Source of the DNA: Candidatus Magasanikbacteria bacterium RIFCSPHIGHO2_01_FULL_33_34
GTDB lineage: Bacteria > Patescibacteriota > Patescibacteriia > Magasanikbacterales > UBA922
NCBI GenBank assembly: GCA_001782825.1
Contig: MFPS01000007.1
Span: 84,487 to 148,486 of the forward strand
Length of the DNA: 64,000 nt
Direction: 5' to 3'
A program made the position numbers and the translations under genes. Positions 26,872 to 37,303 of this stretch are shown one piece after another. Below the pieces are notes generated by a model. That model was not told where the DNA came from. It saw only the letters and a program-made list of their open reading frames with translations, and did not search any database. Every line of letters begins with the position of its first letter. Position 1 is the stretch's first letter.

Positions 26872-28605
26872 CTATCTTATACCAAAATTCTTAATTTCCT
26901 TTTGGCTATGCTTATTTAAAACTACAAAATTAATATCCACTAAATCAGATAATAAAATATTATTATTACTGACTAGAAAAAACCGATTTTCAGTTACTGA
27001 TTCTATAACGCCTTTTTCTAAAAGATACTTTGTATACATAACACCGTCAAGGTCTTTAAACACAATTTTATTATCTTTTGTAACACTACTAATTAATAAC
27101 TCATCTTCAGTATCAAATACTTTATTATTATTTGTATCCTGATAAATACTAAATAAAGACTCAGTATCTAAATCATTGGATAAACCAAAAGCTATTTCAT
27201 CCAAAATATTAGTTACAAAACTTTCAGTAATAATATCTATAGAAATAATTTTTTCATCATATTTTTTCGTCTCTACAATATAAGAACCTTGTTCAAAAAT
27301 ATTTTTTAAATTATTAAAATAATTAATAAAATTATTTCTAAATCTCTCAACATCATCATCAAAACTAAAATTACTCTTCCTTTTTAATCTATCTCTATAA
27401 AAATCTAATTTTGTATCTTTATAGACTTCATCATAAAAAGAAATATCATCATTCAAATTATCTTTATCACTAATATATTCCCACAAAATTTCATTACGCC
27501 TATGACGAAATTCAGGCACACTCAAAAATCTATCTACAATTGGATTATATTTTATGTCAATTTGTTCTATATTAGATGGAATATTTTCATGCCTATGATT
27601 CATATCCATATTTACATCCCATACAACTGGCTCAAATCTTTTACTCTCCGGATCAAAATAAAGACGTAAATTACTTATACCTTGATGATAACTCTGAGCT
27701 AAAAGATAATGGACATTCCATTTTAAAAATTTTTCAATATCAACAATTTTTTCTACTTCTTCTGCAAATGATTTATTATCCTCAATAGAAAAAATCTCAA
27801 ACAATTTTTTTAACTCATCATATTCATCACCATCTTCATTGCCAGCAGATAATTCCCACAAAGATGTATAACTTTTTATACAGTCATAATATGCTTCACG
27901 ATCCTTACAAAAATCACTACGTATATCTCTTGTCTTAAACAATTTTCCTTTACTACTTTTTCCAATATTATCCAAATATTCATTAGACCAGCCTTCTTGC
28001 TGTAAATAAACCCCATGTAACTTTCCATTGATACGCAAATTAATAAATTTTGTATCTACATATATAAGGTCAAACTTTTTTGCTCTATAACTATTTAGAT
28101 ATTCAACAAAATATTTTCTATCTAATGGCAATATAAGATTCAATTTTCTAATCCCTTTAAATGTTTTATCTTTATCAAATCTGATTGAATAAGATTTTTT
28201 ATCAGCATTCCAATGAATATCCTGCAAGCCACGATAACTTATCTCAATATTATATTCCTTTCCATCAAAATAAAATTTTGCTGGAACAAGTGCTTTCATA
28301 TCATCTTCAAAAACCATATCATCCCCTATCTCATTTAATCCTTCATTCATTTTTTGTAAATCATCATATTTAATTTCTATATTATATTCATCTAAAGTAG
28401 ACCCACCTCTCATTTTTGGTAAATATACCAAATCTGCCAAATCTCGCATCTTATATGCTACATTTCTACCAAATTCAAAAAGACTACTGCCATAGGTAAC
28501 TCTTTCCTTTATTTGAGGAAGAAATTTAAATACCAAAAAAGAAAATAGTAAAAATATCCCCAGCAATATTATTGATACTATTTTAAATCTCTTACTTATT
28601 ATCAT
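26872..28605 (-). CDS. CotH-family protein (atypical kinase fold related to Fam20), membrane-anchored
   Basis: N-terminal TM helix; KKSYSIRFDKDK...RKLNLILPLDRKYFVEYLNSYRAKKFDL...INGKLHGVYLQQE...WDVNMD follows the CotH consensus pattern recalled from Pfam. 577 aa. Confidence 0.5.
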   Translation of the reverse strand: MIISKRFKIVSIILLGIFLLFSFLVFKFLPQIKERVTYGSSLFEFGRNVAYKMRDLADLVYLPKMRGGSTLDEYNIEIKYDDLQKMNEGLNEIGDDMVFEDDMKALVPAKFYFDGKEYNIEISYRGLQDIHWNADKKSYSIRFDKDKTFKGIRKLNLILPLDRKYFVEYLNSYRAKKFDLIYVDTKFINLRINGKLHGVYLQQEGWSNEYLDNIGKSSKGKLFKTRDIRSDFCKDREAYYDCIKSYTSLWELSAGNEDGDEYDELKKLFEIFSIEDNKSFAEEVEKIVDIEKFLKWNVHYLLAQSYHQGISNLRLYFDPESKRFEPVVWDVNMDMNHRHENIPSNIEQIDIKYNPIVDRFLSVPEFRHRRNEILWEYISDKDNLNDDISFYDEVYKDTKLDFYRDRLKRKSNFSFDDDVERFRNNFINYFNNLKNIFEQGSYIVETKKYDEKIISIDIITESFVTNILDEIAFGLSNDLDTESLFSIYQDTNNNKVFDTEDELLISSVTKDNKIVFKDLDGVMYTKYLLEKGVIESVTENRFFLVSNNNILLSDLVDINFVVLNKHSQKEIKNFGIR

Positions 28606-29593
28606 ATCTTTTTTTCTTTTTTAATCTATAAAAAAAGTAAGCAGAAACACCTACAAAAAATAAAGTTGATAAAAATAATAAAGCTGTTATTTTTTTTAAA
28701 TAAACAATCATAATCATTCTCAACCTTTCATAACTAAACCTAGGAATATTTTCTCTATAAGAAGGTAATCTTTCTTCTATTTTTTTAAAATTTAACCCTG
28801 CTATATCCTCGTGTACTGCAATAGGATTCACAACTATATCATCCTCAGACACAACTACATGCAAAAAATGTTGGGGAAATTTATATTCTCTTTCTGAGAA
28901 ACCTACCCCATAATAATCAATACCATTTTCTTGATAAGCAAAATATGGCTGTCTAGAACCAACATCACCAACAAAAACTCCCAAAGTATTACTGTTTATA
29001 AATGGTACTACTTCAAAATTCCAATTATTTGATTCACTTATTGTCTGTCCCCTATTATTGCACAAATCAACCTCATCTTCATAAAATAAACAATGATGAA
29101 CAAACACTATATTTTGCTTATCTTTTTTAAAATTTTCTTTTAACCATTCAAGTTGAGTACCCAATATATCATAAGTAGCAATTGGCGCAACCACATCAGA
29201 ACTGTTTAAAAATAAAAAATTTATATTTTTTAATTCAAAAGATTGATATAAAGGTCCAATTTTTTCTATAAAATTTTGTCTATCATCAGACCTATCCTCT
29301 ATATCGTGATTACCTGGTACAAAATAAACCGGCATACTAAATTTGTCGGTAATTTCAAGTATTACCTCCCATTCTGTTTGATGATTATTTGGTAAAGTGT
29401 CACCATTAAAAACAACGAAATCCGGCTTAAGCTGATTAACTTTTTCTACACTTTTTTCCAATGCTTCATAATCTGGATATATATGTCCAAATACTACAAA
29501 ACTAACATCTTCTTTTTTATCAATCTGCGCAAAAACAAAATCTGGAACTAATAAAAATGCCAGTAAAAAAATTATTGTATATACTTTATTCAT
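28592..29593 (-). CDS. Calcineurin-like metallophosphoesterase with signal peptide and C-terminal TM anchor
   Basis: VVFGHIYPD...FNGDT...GNHD...VHHCLF metallophosphatase motifs; overlaps the CotH-like gene by 14 nt. Confidence 0.6.
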   Translation of the reverse strand: MNKVYTIIFLLAFLLVPDFVFAQIDKKEDVSFVVFGHIYPDYEALEKSVEKVNQLKPDFVVFNGDTLPNNHQTEWEVILEITDKFSMPVYFVPGNHDIEDRSDDRQNFIEKIGPLYQSFELKNINFLFLNSSDVVAPIATYDILGTQLEWLKENFKKDKQNIVFVHHCLFYEDEVDLCNNRGQTISESNNWNFEVVPFINSNTLGVFVGDVGSRQPYFAYQENGIDYYGVGFSEREYKFPQHFLHVVVSEDDIVVNPIAVHEDIAGLNFKKIEERLPSYRENIPRFSYERLRMIMIVYLKKITALLFLSTLFFVGVSAYFFYRLKKKKRYDNK

Positions 29594-30660
29594 AATAATT
29601 TTTTAATAATCTGTTCAACAGTACTTTCAAGACTATGATTTTTAAACACTGCATCCCTCAAACTATCAGTATTAATTTCTTTGTATTTTGTTATCTTCTC
29701 AACCAAGTCATTTAAATCACCATCTTCAAATAAACAATTTTCAGGAAGAATATTTTTAAAGGTAAAATTGGATGTAATAACAGGTAAACCACTGGCCATT
29801 GCCTCAAGTACCGCTTTGTCTACCCCTCCAGTTCTACTAGCATTCAAAAATAAATCTGCTCGCTTATAATATTCTACAATATTTTCATATGGTACTTTTC
29901 CAACAAATTCTACTAATTCTTCCTCCTGCTCACGTTTTAAGTAACTTTTTAACTCTTCTAAATATTCCCTATCTTCATCCAAATAAGGCTCTCCAACAAT
30001 CAAAAATCTAACTTTTTTATCAAGCTTTTTTTGTAAAATTATAACAGATTTGACTAAAATTAGCAAATTTTTGCTACTAGATACTCGCCCTACTGTAAGC
30101 ATAACAAATTCATCATCTTTCATCCCAAGGCTGACTAGCCTCGGGCTGACTTCTCTACTTTCTATATTTGAAAATATATTCAAATCAATTCCATGCCCAG
30201 TAGCAATTACTTTATGTGATTTTATTGGAAATCCATCAATATGAGCTGTAAAAACATAATTTGTAATTATATGAGATAATTTTAATTTCCAAGTTAGAGA
30301 TTTATGCAAATACCAAATACCCACTTTTTTACCAAACAAACGCGCAACCCAACCACCATAGACAATGTATTCAGGACACATATGTATCAAAACACTTCTT
30401 ACTTTTGGTAAATATTTAAATAACAAACTCCAAAATATAAAAATTCTTTTGAATCTACTTATATCTTCTTCTTTTTTTAGAGAAGATACAACTACATTAT
30501 CCGGTAAATTATATTCACCAACTTTATTTGCAATCACATAAACTTTATCAGCTTGTTTAGAAAATTCTCTAAGCCAACCACAAAAAAATCCAAGATTAGA
30601 ATCTCTTTCATCTACTGTTTGAGTTATAATCAACAAATTTTTATTTTTCATAACATTCAC
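29590..30660 (-). CDS. GT4 (GT-B) glycosyltransferase
   Basis: 356 aa; C-terminal GGVDKAVLEAMASGLPVITSNF. Confidence 0.65.
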   Translation of the reverse strand: MNVMKNKNLLIITQTVDERDSNLGFFCGWLREFSKQADKVYVIANKVGEYNLPDNVVVSSLKKEEDISRFKRIFIFWSLLFKYLPKVRSVLIHMCPEYIVYGGWVARLFGKKVGIWYLHKSLTWKLKLSHIITNYVFTAHIDGFPIKSHKVIATGHGIDLNIFSNIESREVSPRLVSLGMKDDEFVMLTVGRVSSSKNLLILVKSVIILQKKLDKKVRFLIVGEPYLDEDREYLEELKSYLKREQEEELVEFVGKVPYENIVEYYKRADLFLNASRTGGVDKAVLEAMASGLPVITSNFTFKNILPENCLFEDGDLNDLVEKITKYKEINTDSLRDAVFKNHSLESTVEQIIKKLL

Positions 30661-30664
30661 TCTA

Positions 30665-31429
30665 TTATTTATATCTAGCTATTAGTGTATTTGTATCCCT
30701 TGATCCTGGCACTAAATCAGCTAACAATCTAAATATTGCAAGCATAATATTTCTTGGAAATTTATCTTTGCCATTAAATAATGGAGAGGTGCGAGAATTC
30801 TGTGCTTTGATAATCTCTAACCCAGACCACTCTGCCATCTGAGCCAACTCTTTTATAGTATATTCTCGCCAATGACCAACAAAATTATCCCCTTCATCAA
30901 AAAATGGCTTCAAATCACGGCAAGCTGAACGTCCACACATTACACGACATCTATTCAACAAATCTACCATATTAGGCACAATACAAAAAAATAAACCACC
31001 TTGTTTCAAATTACGCAAACAAGAATCAATAAACTTTTTTGGAGATTTTTGATGTTCTAATACAGCTATATTCATCACACAATCATACTTTGTAGTATTT
31101 ACAAAATTAAATATATCTTCATTTAAAATAGACACGTTATTCTTTTGCCATACTTTACTCAAACTTTCTAATCCATTTTCTTTGACTGATAAATAATTAT
31201 TTGGTTGAAAAATATATTTGTCTAATCCAATGACTTTATATCCCAACTTGGATAAAGTAATCATAGATATACCTATACCACATCCAACATCCAAAACAGT
31301 AGATCCAACCGGAACATACTTTACAAAAAATTCTAAATTTTTTAAATTATTCCTAAATTCCCATCTCTGCCTATCACTATAAGGTGAAAGTTCATTGTAA
31401 GAATACTCCAAAGCTTCTTTTATATTCAT
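30665..31429 (-). CDS. Class I SAM-dependent methyltransferase
   Basis: VLDVGCGIGISM (motif I), LKQGGLFFCIVPN (motif II-like). 254 aa. Confidence 0.6.
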   Translation of the reverse strand: MNIKEALEYSYNELSPYSDRQRWEFRNNLKNLEFFVKYVPVGSTVLDVGCGIGISMITLSKLGYKVIGLDKYIFQPNNYLSVKENGLESLSKVWQKNNVSILNEDIFNFVNTTKYDCVMNIAVLEHQKSPKKFIDSCLRNLKQGGLFFCIVPNMVDLLNRCRVMCGRSACRDLKPFFDEGDNFVGHWREYTIKELAQMAEWSGLEIIKAQNSRTSPLFNGKDKFPRNIMLAIFRLLADLVPGSRDTNTLIARYK

Positions 31430-31436
31430 ATATATA

Positions 31437-33272
31437 TTAAAAAAATTTCTTATACCAAATTTGAAAAGTAATTAATGCCCACAATAAATTCATATTATAT
31501 GCTTTCTTATTAATATGATTATCTAACATTTTTCTTATTTCATCAAAATTAAAATATTCTTTTGTTTCTGGTATATAATTCTCAGACAAAACTTCATACG
31601 CCAATTCTTTCATATCAGTCCGCAACCATTCTGAAACTGGTGAGAACCACCCTCTTTTTGGTTGATTTAAAATATAATCTGGAATATATTTACTCATCGC
31701 TTCTTTAAAAATTGCTTTCGTATTTTTTCCTTTGATCTTCCATTTTGTTGGAATTTTCAAAGATAATTCTACCAAACGATGATCAAGTATTGGTACCCGT
31801 TGCTCAAGTCCGTAGGCCATAGACATTTTGTCACTACGAATTAAAGATTCGTCTACTAGCCATGAACGAATATCTGCCCACATAAATTGCTTTTCAAAAT
31901 CTTCAATTTTATTATTAAAATAATTTTCTCTATATATTTTCTCTACACTCAAATAATTACTATATTTATTTTTTAAAAATAAAGAAATATCTTTCTCTTC
32001 TTGGGCCATAAACGATAAATATCTTTTCTCGTCTGCAGGTAAATTTAATTTTGCTAAAGACTTATTTTTATGCTTGAATAAATTAATAAAAAGATTTCCA
32101 AATGACACTCTCAAAAAGCTAGGAATTTTTTGGTAATTACTTATCAATTTACTCATACGATAACGTTCATAACCACCAAACAATTCATCCCCACCGTCTC
32201 CTCCCAAAACTACTACCACCTCTTGACTAGTCCTCTTAGATAAAATATAAGTAGCAATTTGCGTAGCATTAGCGACTGGCTCATCCATATGTTCAATCAC
32301 ATCAAACAAATTATCTCGTGCGTCAGAGCCTGTAATTTCTATTTCTGTATGGTCTGTTTTATAATATTCACTTGTCCTTTTTGCCAAATCTGCATCTATA
32401 TTGAATTTATTGACCTTCACATCATAATTGGCTGAAAAAGTTTTTACTTTGCTCTTTGTGATTTCACTTACAAGTCCTGTTATAACAGTAGAATCAATTC
32501 CACCACTTAAAAATACCCCAACCGGTCTATCTGAAATTAATTGTAATCGTACAGAATCTTTCATCAAATTTCTTATTTGCGATATTGCTTCTTTCTTGTC
32601 TTCAATATTTGCAAAGTCCTTTGGCTCCCAATATTTTTCTTTAGTTAATTTATTATCCTTGTAAACTAAATATGAACCTGATTCTAATTTATTTATTCCG
32701 TCAAACATTGTTAATGGCGCTGGCACATAAAGAGTCCTAAAATATATGTTTAGTGCATCAGTATTTATTTTCCTCTCTATACCATGCTCCAAAATACTTT
32801 TAATTTCTGAAGAAAAAATAAATTTATCATTATCATAATAATAATATAATGGTTTTACACCTACTCTATCTCTAGCCAAAAATATACTTTTATCACTCTT
32901 GTCAAAAATTGCAAATGAGAAAATTCCATTAAATTTTTGCAAACATTCAACTCCATACTCCTTGTATGAATTTATAATAACTTCTGAATCACTATCTGAC
33001 AAAAATTTGTAACCCTTACTCTTCAAATCCTTCCGTATATCTTGAAAATTATAAATTTCTCCATTAAATACCAAAACCAATGAATCATCTGTACTAAACA
33101 TAGGCTGACTAGCTTTGTCTGACAAATCAATAATCGCTAGTCTAGTATGTCCCAAAGAAATATTATCACACACAAATATGCCATCACCATCAGGGCCACG
33201 GTGCTTTATTTTGTTATTCATTTTTCTTATTAATTCTTCACTGGAAAAATTGAAACCATTTATTCCACACAT
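31437..33272 (-). CDS. asnB: Asparagine synthetase B-type glutamine-dependent amidotransferase (probably a sugar-uronate amidase such as WbpS rather than a housekeeping AsnB)
   Basis: N-terminal MCGINGF (Ntn nucleophile Cys2); PP-loop SGGIDS; 611 aa; embedded in the glycan locus. Confidence 0.8.
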   Translation of the reverse strand: MCGINGFNFSSEELIRKMNNKIKHRGPDGDGIFVCDNISLGHTRLAIIDLSDKASQPMFSTDDSLVLVFNGEIYNFQDIRKDLKSKGYKFLSDSDSEVIINSYKEYGVECLQKFNGIFSFAIFDKSDKSIFLARDRVGVKPLYYYYDNDKFIFSSEIKSILEHGIERKINTDALNIYFRTLYVPAPLTMFDGINKLESGSYLVYKDNKLTKEKYWEPKDFANIEDKKEAISQIRNLMKDSVRLQLISDRPVGVFLSGGIDSTVITGLVSEITKSKVKTFSANYDVKVNKFNIDADLAKRTSEYYKTDHTEIEITGSDARDNLFDVIEHMDEPVANATQIATYILSKRTSQEVVVVLGGDGGDELFGGYERYRMSKLISNYQKIPSFLRVSFGNLFINLFKHKNKSLAKLNLPADEKRYLSFMAQEEKDISLFLKNKYSNYLSVEKIYRENYFNNKIEDFEKQFMWADIRSWLVDESLIRSDKMSMAYGLEQRVPILDHRLVELSLKIPTKWKIKGKNTKAIFKEAMSKYIPDYILNQPKRGWFSPVSEWLRTDMKELAYEVLSENYIPETKEYFNFDEIRKMLDNHINKKAYNMNLLWALITFQIWYKKFF

Positions 33273-33319
33273 AAAAATAGTTCTTAGCTATTAGTCCATA
33301 GCCAATAGTTCAATTGATT

Positions 33320-33673
33320 TTAAACATATAATTTCTCACGATATTTATATAACATTTTTAAAATTTCCAATAAAAGATTATCAGCTTTAGTAAATAATTT
33401 TATTCCTGCAAAATTTAATTTTTTTGCTATGACAATTTGAGTTTCAAGTTCAGTTGCAGAACCAAAGGAAATGTTAACAAACTGCGCATTTTCTTTTTTA
33501 CTCTTTCTTGCATACCCTTCGGCAATATTGGATGGTATTGAAATTGCACACCTTCTCATCTGTGAAATAATACCAAATTTTTCTTCCACTGGAAACAAAT
33601 TTGTTAATTTATAAATTTCTACCACTAATTCAATAGATTTCTGCCAAACAATCAAATCTTTATAAGTATTCAT
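33320..33673 (-). CDS. Four-helix-bundle protein (TIGR02436-like; the family often encoded in 23S rRNA intervening sequences)
   Basis: MNTYKDLIVWQKSIELVVEIYKLTNLFPVEEKFGIISQMRRCAISIPSNIAEGYAR. 117 aa. Confidence 0.65.
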   Translation of the reverse strand: MNTYKDLIVWQKSIELVVEIYKLTNLFPVEEKFGIISQMRRCAISIPSNIAEGYARKSKKENAQFVNISFGSATELETQIVIAKKLNFAGIKLFTKADNLLLEILKMLYKYREKLYV

Positions 33674-33683
33674 AGTTTTTACT

Positions 33684-33725
33684 ACTGGCTACTGGCTATT
33701 GGCTATTGGCTATTGACTAATGGCT
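33684..33725. repeat. Heptanucleotide tandem repeat (ACTGGCT/ATTGGCT/ATTGACT, 6 units) overlapping the gmd stop codon and lying 11 nt upstream of the four-helix-bundle gene
   Basis: actggct actggct attggct attggct attgact aatggct. Inverted copies (CCAATAG / GCTATTAG) occur at 33277-33298 on the other side of the four-helix gene. Confidence 0.6.
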
Positions 33726-34687
33726 TCCAAATCTGCTTCTACCATCAATTTAACTAATTCCTTAAACTTTACTTTTGGTTCCCAACCAAGTTTTTCTTTG
33801 GCTTTTGAATAATCACCTACCAATAAATCTACTTCGGCCGGACGCAAGAATCTCTCATCAAACTCTACATAATCTTCCCAATTCAAATTAACAAAACCAA
33901 AAGCCTCTTCCAAAAATTCTCTAACTGTATGTGTCTCACCTGTAGCTATAACATAATCATCCGGTTCATCTTGTTGGAGCATCAACCACATTGCCTCTAC
34001 ATATTCTTTTGCATAACCCCAATCCCGTTTAGAATCTAAATTTCCTAATATAATCTTATTACTTAATCCATTTTTAATTTCTGCCACCCCTTTGGTGATT
34101 TTTTTAGTGACAAAATTCTCTCCTCTTCTAGGAGATTCATGATTAAATAAGATTCCACTACAAGCAAACATCCCATAACTTTCACGATAATTTATTGTCT
34201 GGTGATGCGCAAATACTTTTGCACATGCATAAGGACTCCTAGGATGAAAACAAGTTTTTTCATTCTGCGGAGTTTCAGATACCTTCCCATACATTTCACT
34301 ACTTGAAGCTTGATAAAACTTTGTTTTTATTCCACTATCTTTAATTGCCTCTAACAATCTTATAACACCCACACCTGTAATATCTGCAGTATACGCTGGT
34401 ATATCAAAACTAATTCTAACATGACTTTGAGCTGCTAGATTATATATTTCATCTGGCTGTATATTATACAAAAGCTTAGAAATATTTGTCCCATCAGACA
34501 AATCACCATAATACAAAAATAATTTTTTATCTTTATATTTTTCAAATAAATGCTCAATTCTAGAACGAAATAATATACTATTTCTTCTTACAATTCCATG
34601 AACTTCATAACCTTTCTCAAGTAATAACTCCGTCAGATATGAGCCATCTTGCCCTGTAATCCCAGTAATAAATGCTTTTTTTATCAT
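33710..34687 (-). CDS. gmd: GDP-mannose 4,6-dehydratase
   Basis: [35 protein letters not shown] is the signature Gmd N-terminus. The track start at 34723 is an extension; Met13 chosen. Confidence 0.85.
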   Translation of the reverse strand: MIKKAFITGITGQDGSYLTELLLEKGYEVHGIVRRNSILFRSRIEHLFEKYKDKKLFLYYGDLSDGTNISKLLYNIQPDEIYNLAAQSHVRISFDIPAYTADITGVGVIRLLEAIKDSGIKTKFYQASSSEMYGKVSETPQNEKTCFHPRSPYACAKVFAHHQTINYRESYGMFACSGILFNHESPRRGENFVTKKITKGVAEIKNGLSNKIILGNLDSKRDWGYAKEYVEAMWLMLQQDEPDDYVIATGETHTVREFLEEAFGFVNLNWEDYVEFDERFLRPAEVDLLVGDYSKAKEKLGWEPKVKFKELVKLMVEADLEAISQ

Positions 34688-34747
34688 AAATAATAAATTT
34701 ACTTGATTATATTGATTAAACAATGTCTATATTAAAATAAATATATT

Positions 34748-35950
34748 TTAACTATTTAATTTATTAAAAAAATCTTTAAATATAGAAATTGTATATTCTC
34801 GTTCTTCTTGACTTATTTTTTCATGACAACCAATATAAAAACCATTGTTATTAATCCACTTGGAAACTGGATATTCATTTTCTATTTCTCCAAAATCTTT
34901 AATAACAACCGGTTGATTTATCAAAGGGAGCATATCGCGAGTCTCAATATTATTTTCCTCCAAAAACATAACCAAATCTTTTTTTATTATTTTTTCATCT
35001 TTTATAACTATCGGAAACATCATATAGGCATGTTCTCTATTAGGTTGGATATGTGGTAATTGGATAAAATTTTCAAATTCAGATAATTGTGAAATATAAT
35101 ATTGAGCGCACTCAAACCGTCCATCAATAATTTTGTCATGCTCCTCAAACTGCGCTAAAGCCAAAGCGCCTTCCATCTCTGTAACCCGAGCGCTATAACC
35201 AGGTCTCACAAAAGAAAAACGTCGCAAAACAACATTCTGTAACTCCTCTTTTGACAAACCCTTGTCATCATCAATAGATATATAGATTGAATCTCTTCCA
35301 TGATTCATCAGACTTCTTAAAATAACGGCATATTCTTTATTGTTAGTAAGAGCTAAACCACCAACACCAGAAGTAAGCAAATGTGCCATATAAGTTGAAA
35401 AACAACTAATATCACCAAAAGATCCAACTTTTTTTTCTTTATAGGAAACAAACATTGTTTCACATGAATCTTCAATTATTTTTAAATTGTATTTAGCACT
35501 AATTTCTAAAATTGGATCCATATCTGCTGGCTGACCAAACAAATGTACTACCATAATAGCTTTTGTATTTGAGCTTATCTTTTTTTCAATTTGTTTTGGA
35601 TCAATATTGTACGAATTACTTTCTACATCCACAAAAACTGGCTTCAAACCTTGGTCAACTATTACATTATAATCAGAAATAAAAGTAGTTGCTGGTAAAA
35701 TTATCTCCGCTCCTTGAGACCAATTATGCGCTTCTTTTAAACAAGCTATAGACAAACGCAAAGCATCAGTCCCACTATTCATCATAACCCCATATTTTGC
35801 ACCGTGATATTCCGAGAATTTTTTCTCAAATTCCTGAAGATATTTGCCATAAGACAATCTACCAGAATCTAGTACATCATTTACATATTTTTTGGCATTT
35901 TCTGAAATATTAGCTGTACCAACACCAACTTGTTTTTTTGCTTTATCCAT
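34748..35950 (-). CDS. DegT-family PLP/PMP enzyme with His in place of the conserved Lys (GDP-4-keto-6-deoxymannose 3-dehydratase ColD-like, or an E1-like sugar 3-dehydratase)
   Basis: 400 aa; NSGTDALRLSI; FSTYMAHLLTSGVGG aligns to SFHPVKNITTGEGG of the PseC-like gene with K replaced by H. Adjacent to gmd. Confidence 0.5.
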   Translation of the reverse strand: MDKAKKQVGVGTANISENAKKYVNDVLDSGRLSYGKYLQEFEKKFSEYHGAKYGVMMNSGTDALRLSIACLKEAHNWSQGAEIILPATTFISDYNVIVDQGLKPVFVDVESNSYNIDPKQIEKKISSNTKAIMVVHLFGQPADMDPILEISAKYNLKIIEDSCETMFVSYKEKKVGSFGDISCFSTYMAHLLTSGVGGLALTNNKEYAVILRSLMNHGRDSIYISIDDDKGLSKEELQNVVLRRFSFVRPGYSARVTEMEGALALAQFEEHDKIIDGRFECAQYYISQLSEFENFIQLPHIQPNREHAYMMFPIVIKDEKIIKKDLVMFLEENNIETRDMLPLINQPVVIKDFGEIENEYPVSKWINNNGFYIGCHEKISQEEREYTISIFKDFFNKLNS

Positions 35951-36066
35951 AAAAAATATTATTTTTTACCTAAATATTCCAACCTCTATTTTCTTTATTA
36001 TTACTATAGTTTAGCACATTTTTCTTGCCTGTCAATCTTTCAATAATCATAAAAAATACCTAAAAA

Positions 36067-37272
36067 TCATTTCAATGCCTCTAAAACCAGACTATCATAT
36101 TTTTCATTAGAAAATAGATCTTTACTTTTTTCTACAGCTTTTAAAGAAATTTCTTTTCTAAAATTTATATCCAATAATTTTCCTAAAGCCAAGACAAATT
36201 CCTCTTTGCTTTTGGCACACAAAATATCCTGTCCACATTCAAAAGAATAGCCTGCCAAACCTCTTTCTGAAACTATTGTAGGGAAACCACGCACAATTGG
36301 TTCAAAAATTTTTTGTTGCATACCAGCACCAGAAAGAGACGGTATCAAAGCAATATCCATACCATCCAAAAATTTATTCAAATCATCAACAAAACCTACA
36401 TAACTTATAGAGCTAATCTCATTACATTGGTTTTTAAGATATTCAGGCAACTTTCCACCAGTAATAAAAAATTTAAATTTACCTGGATATTTCTTATTAG
36501 CTAATGGTGCAACTTCCTCTATCACAAATTTTACTGCCTGAAGATTGTGCTTTACATTATAAGTACTGCCCATAAAAAAGACATTCAACACTTTTTTATC
36601 CTGTATATTATTATTTTTACCTATAAAATTTGATAATGCTCTGAGTGGTAGGGTTTTAATTTTTTTAGCGCCTAATTTTTTATACAAAATATTTTCATCT
36701 GGAGTGATTGCAAAAAAATAATCACTTTTTTTAATACTTACAAATTCAGTAAGTGTTTTTATCTTTGATTTTAAAATATTAACAAAACTATAACCCTCCT
36801 CTTCCAAAAGATTATTTGGATCATATATAAGTGAATGAGTAATGATCTTGCAACCATAACGACGAGCGATTGGATACAAAGGCAACATAAAAGTATAGTC
36901 AAACCAAACTATTTCTGGCTTCCAACTATTTAAAATTTCTTCCATTTTTCTCTTTATTATCAAATCATCATATTCATATACAGAACCATCCCAAAATGGT
37001 GGCCATAAAATTCTTTTTAATAAATATTTTAACTTTTCAAAATATTTCATTTTTTGATTATAACGATATGGAACCAAATGAATAGGAATATTATATTCCT
37101 TTGAAAAATTCAATATATCTTCCTTACTTTGAAAATCAAAAATCTTCCCAATAACTTGGACATCATAACCTAACCTTTTCAACTGTTTTATTCCTTCCAT
37201 TCTGTCTTGCTCACATGCTCCTGAAGTAGGTATAGGAAAACGTGGTGTGATTAATAAAATTTTCTTACTCAT
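36067..37272 (-). CDS. GT-B fold glycosyltransferase (GT4/GT1-like)
   Basis: 401 aa; C-terminal ...IALIPSLSGAGMQQKIFEPIVRGFPTIVSERG. Confidence 0.45.
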   Translation of the reverse strand: MSKKILLITPRFPIPTSGACEQDRMEGIKQLKRLGYDVQVIGKIFDFQSKEDILNFSKEYNIPIHLVPYRYNQKMKYFEKLKYLLKRILWPPFWDGSVYEYDDLIIKRKMEEILNSWKPEIVWFDYTFMLPLYPIARRYGCKIITHSLIYDPNNLLEEEGYSFVNILKSKIKTLTEFVSIKKSDYFFAITPDENILYKKLGAKKIKTLPLRALSNFIGKNNNIQDKKVLNVFFMGSTYNVKHNLQAVKFVIEEVAPLANKKYPGKFKFFITGGKLPEYLKNQCNEISSISYVGFVDDLNKFLDGMDIALIPSLSGAGMQQKIFEPIVRGFPTIVSERGLAGYSFECGQDILCAKSKEEFVLALGKLLDINFRKEISLKAVEKSKDLFSNEKYDSLVLEALK

Positions 37273-37303
37273 ACAATCAAAACTATATTTAATATTATAT
37301 TAT

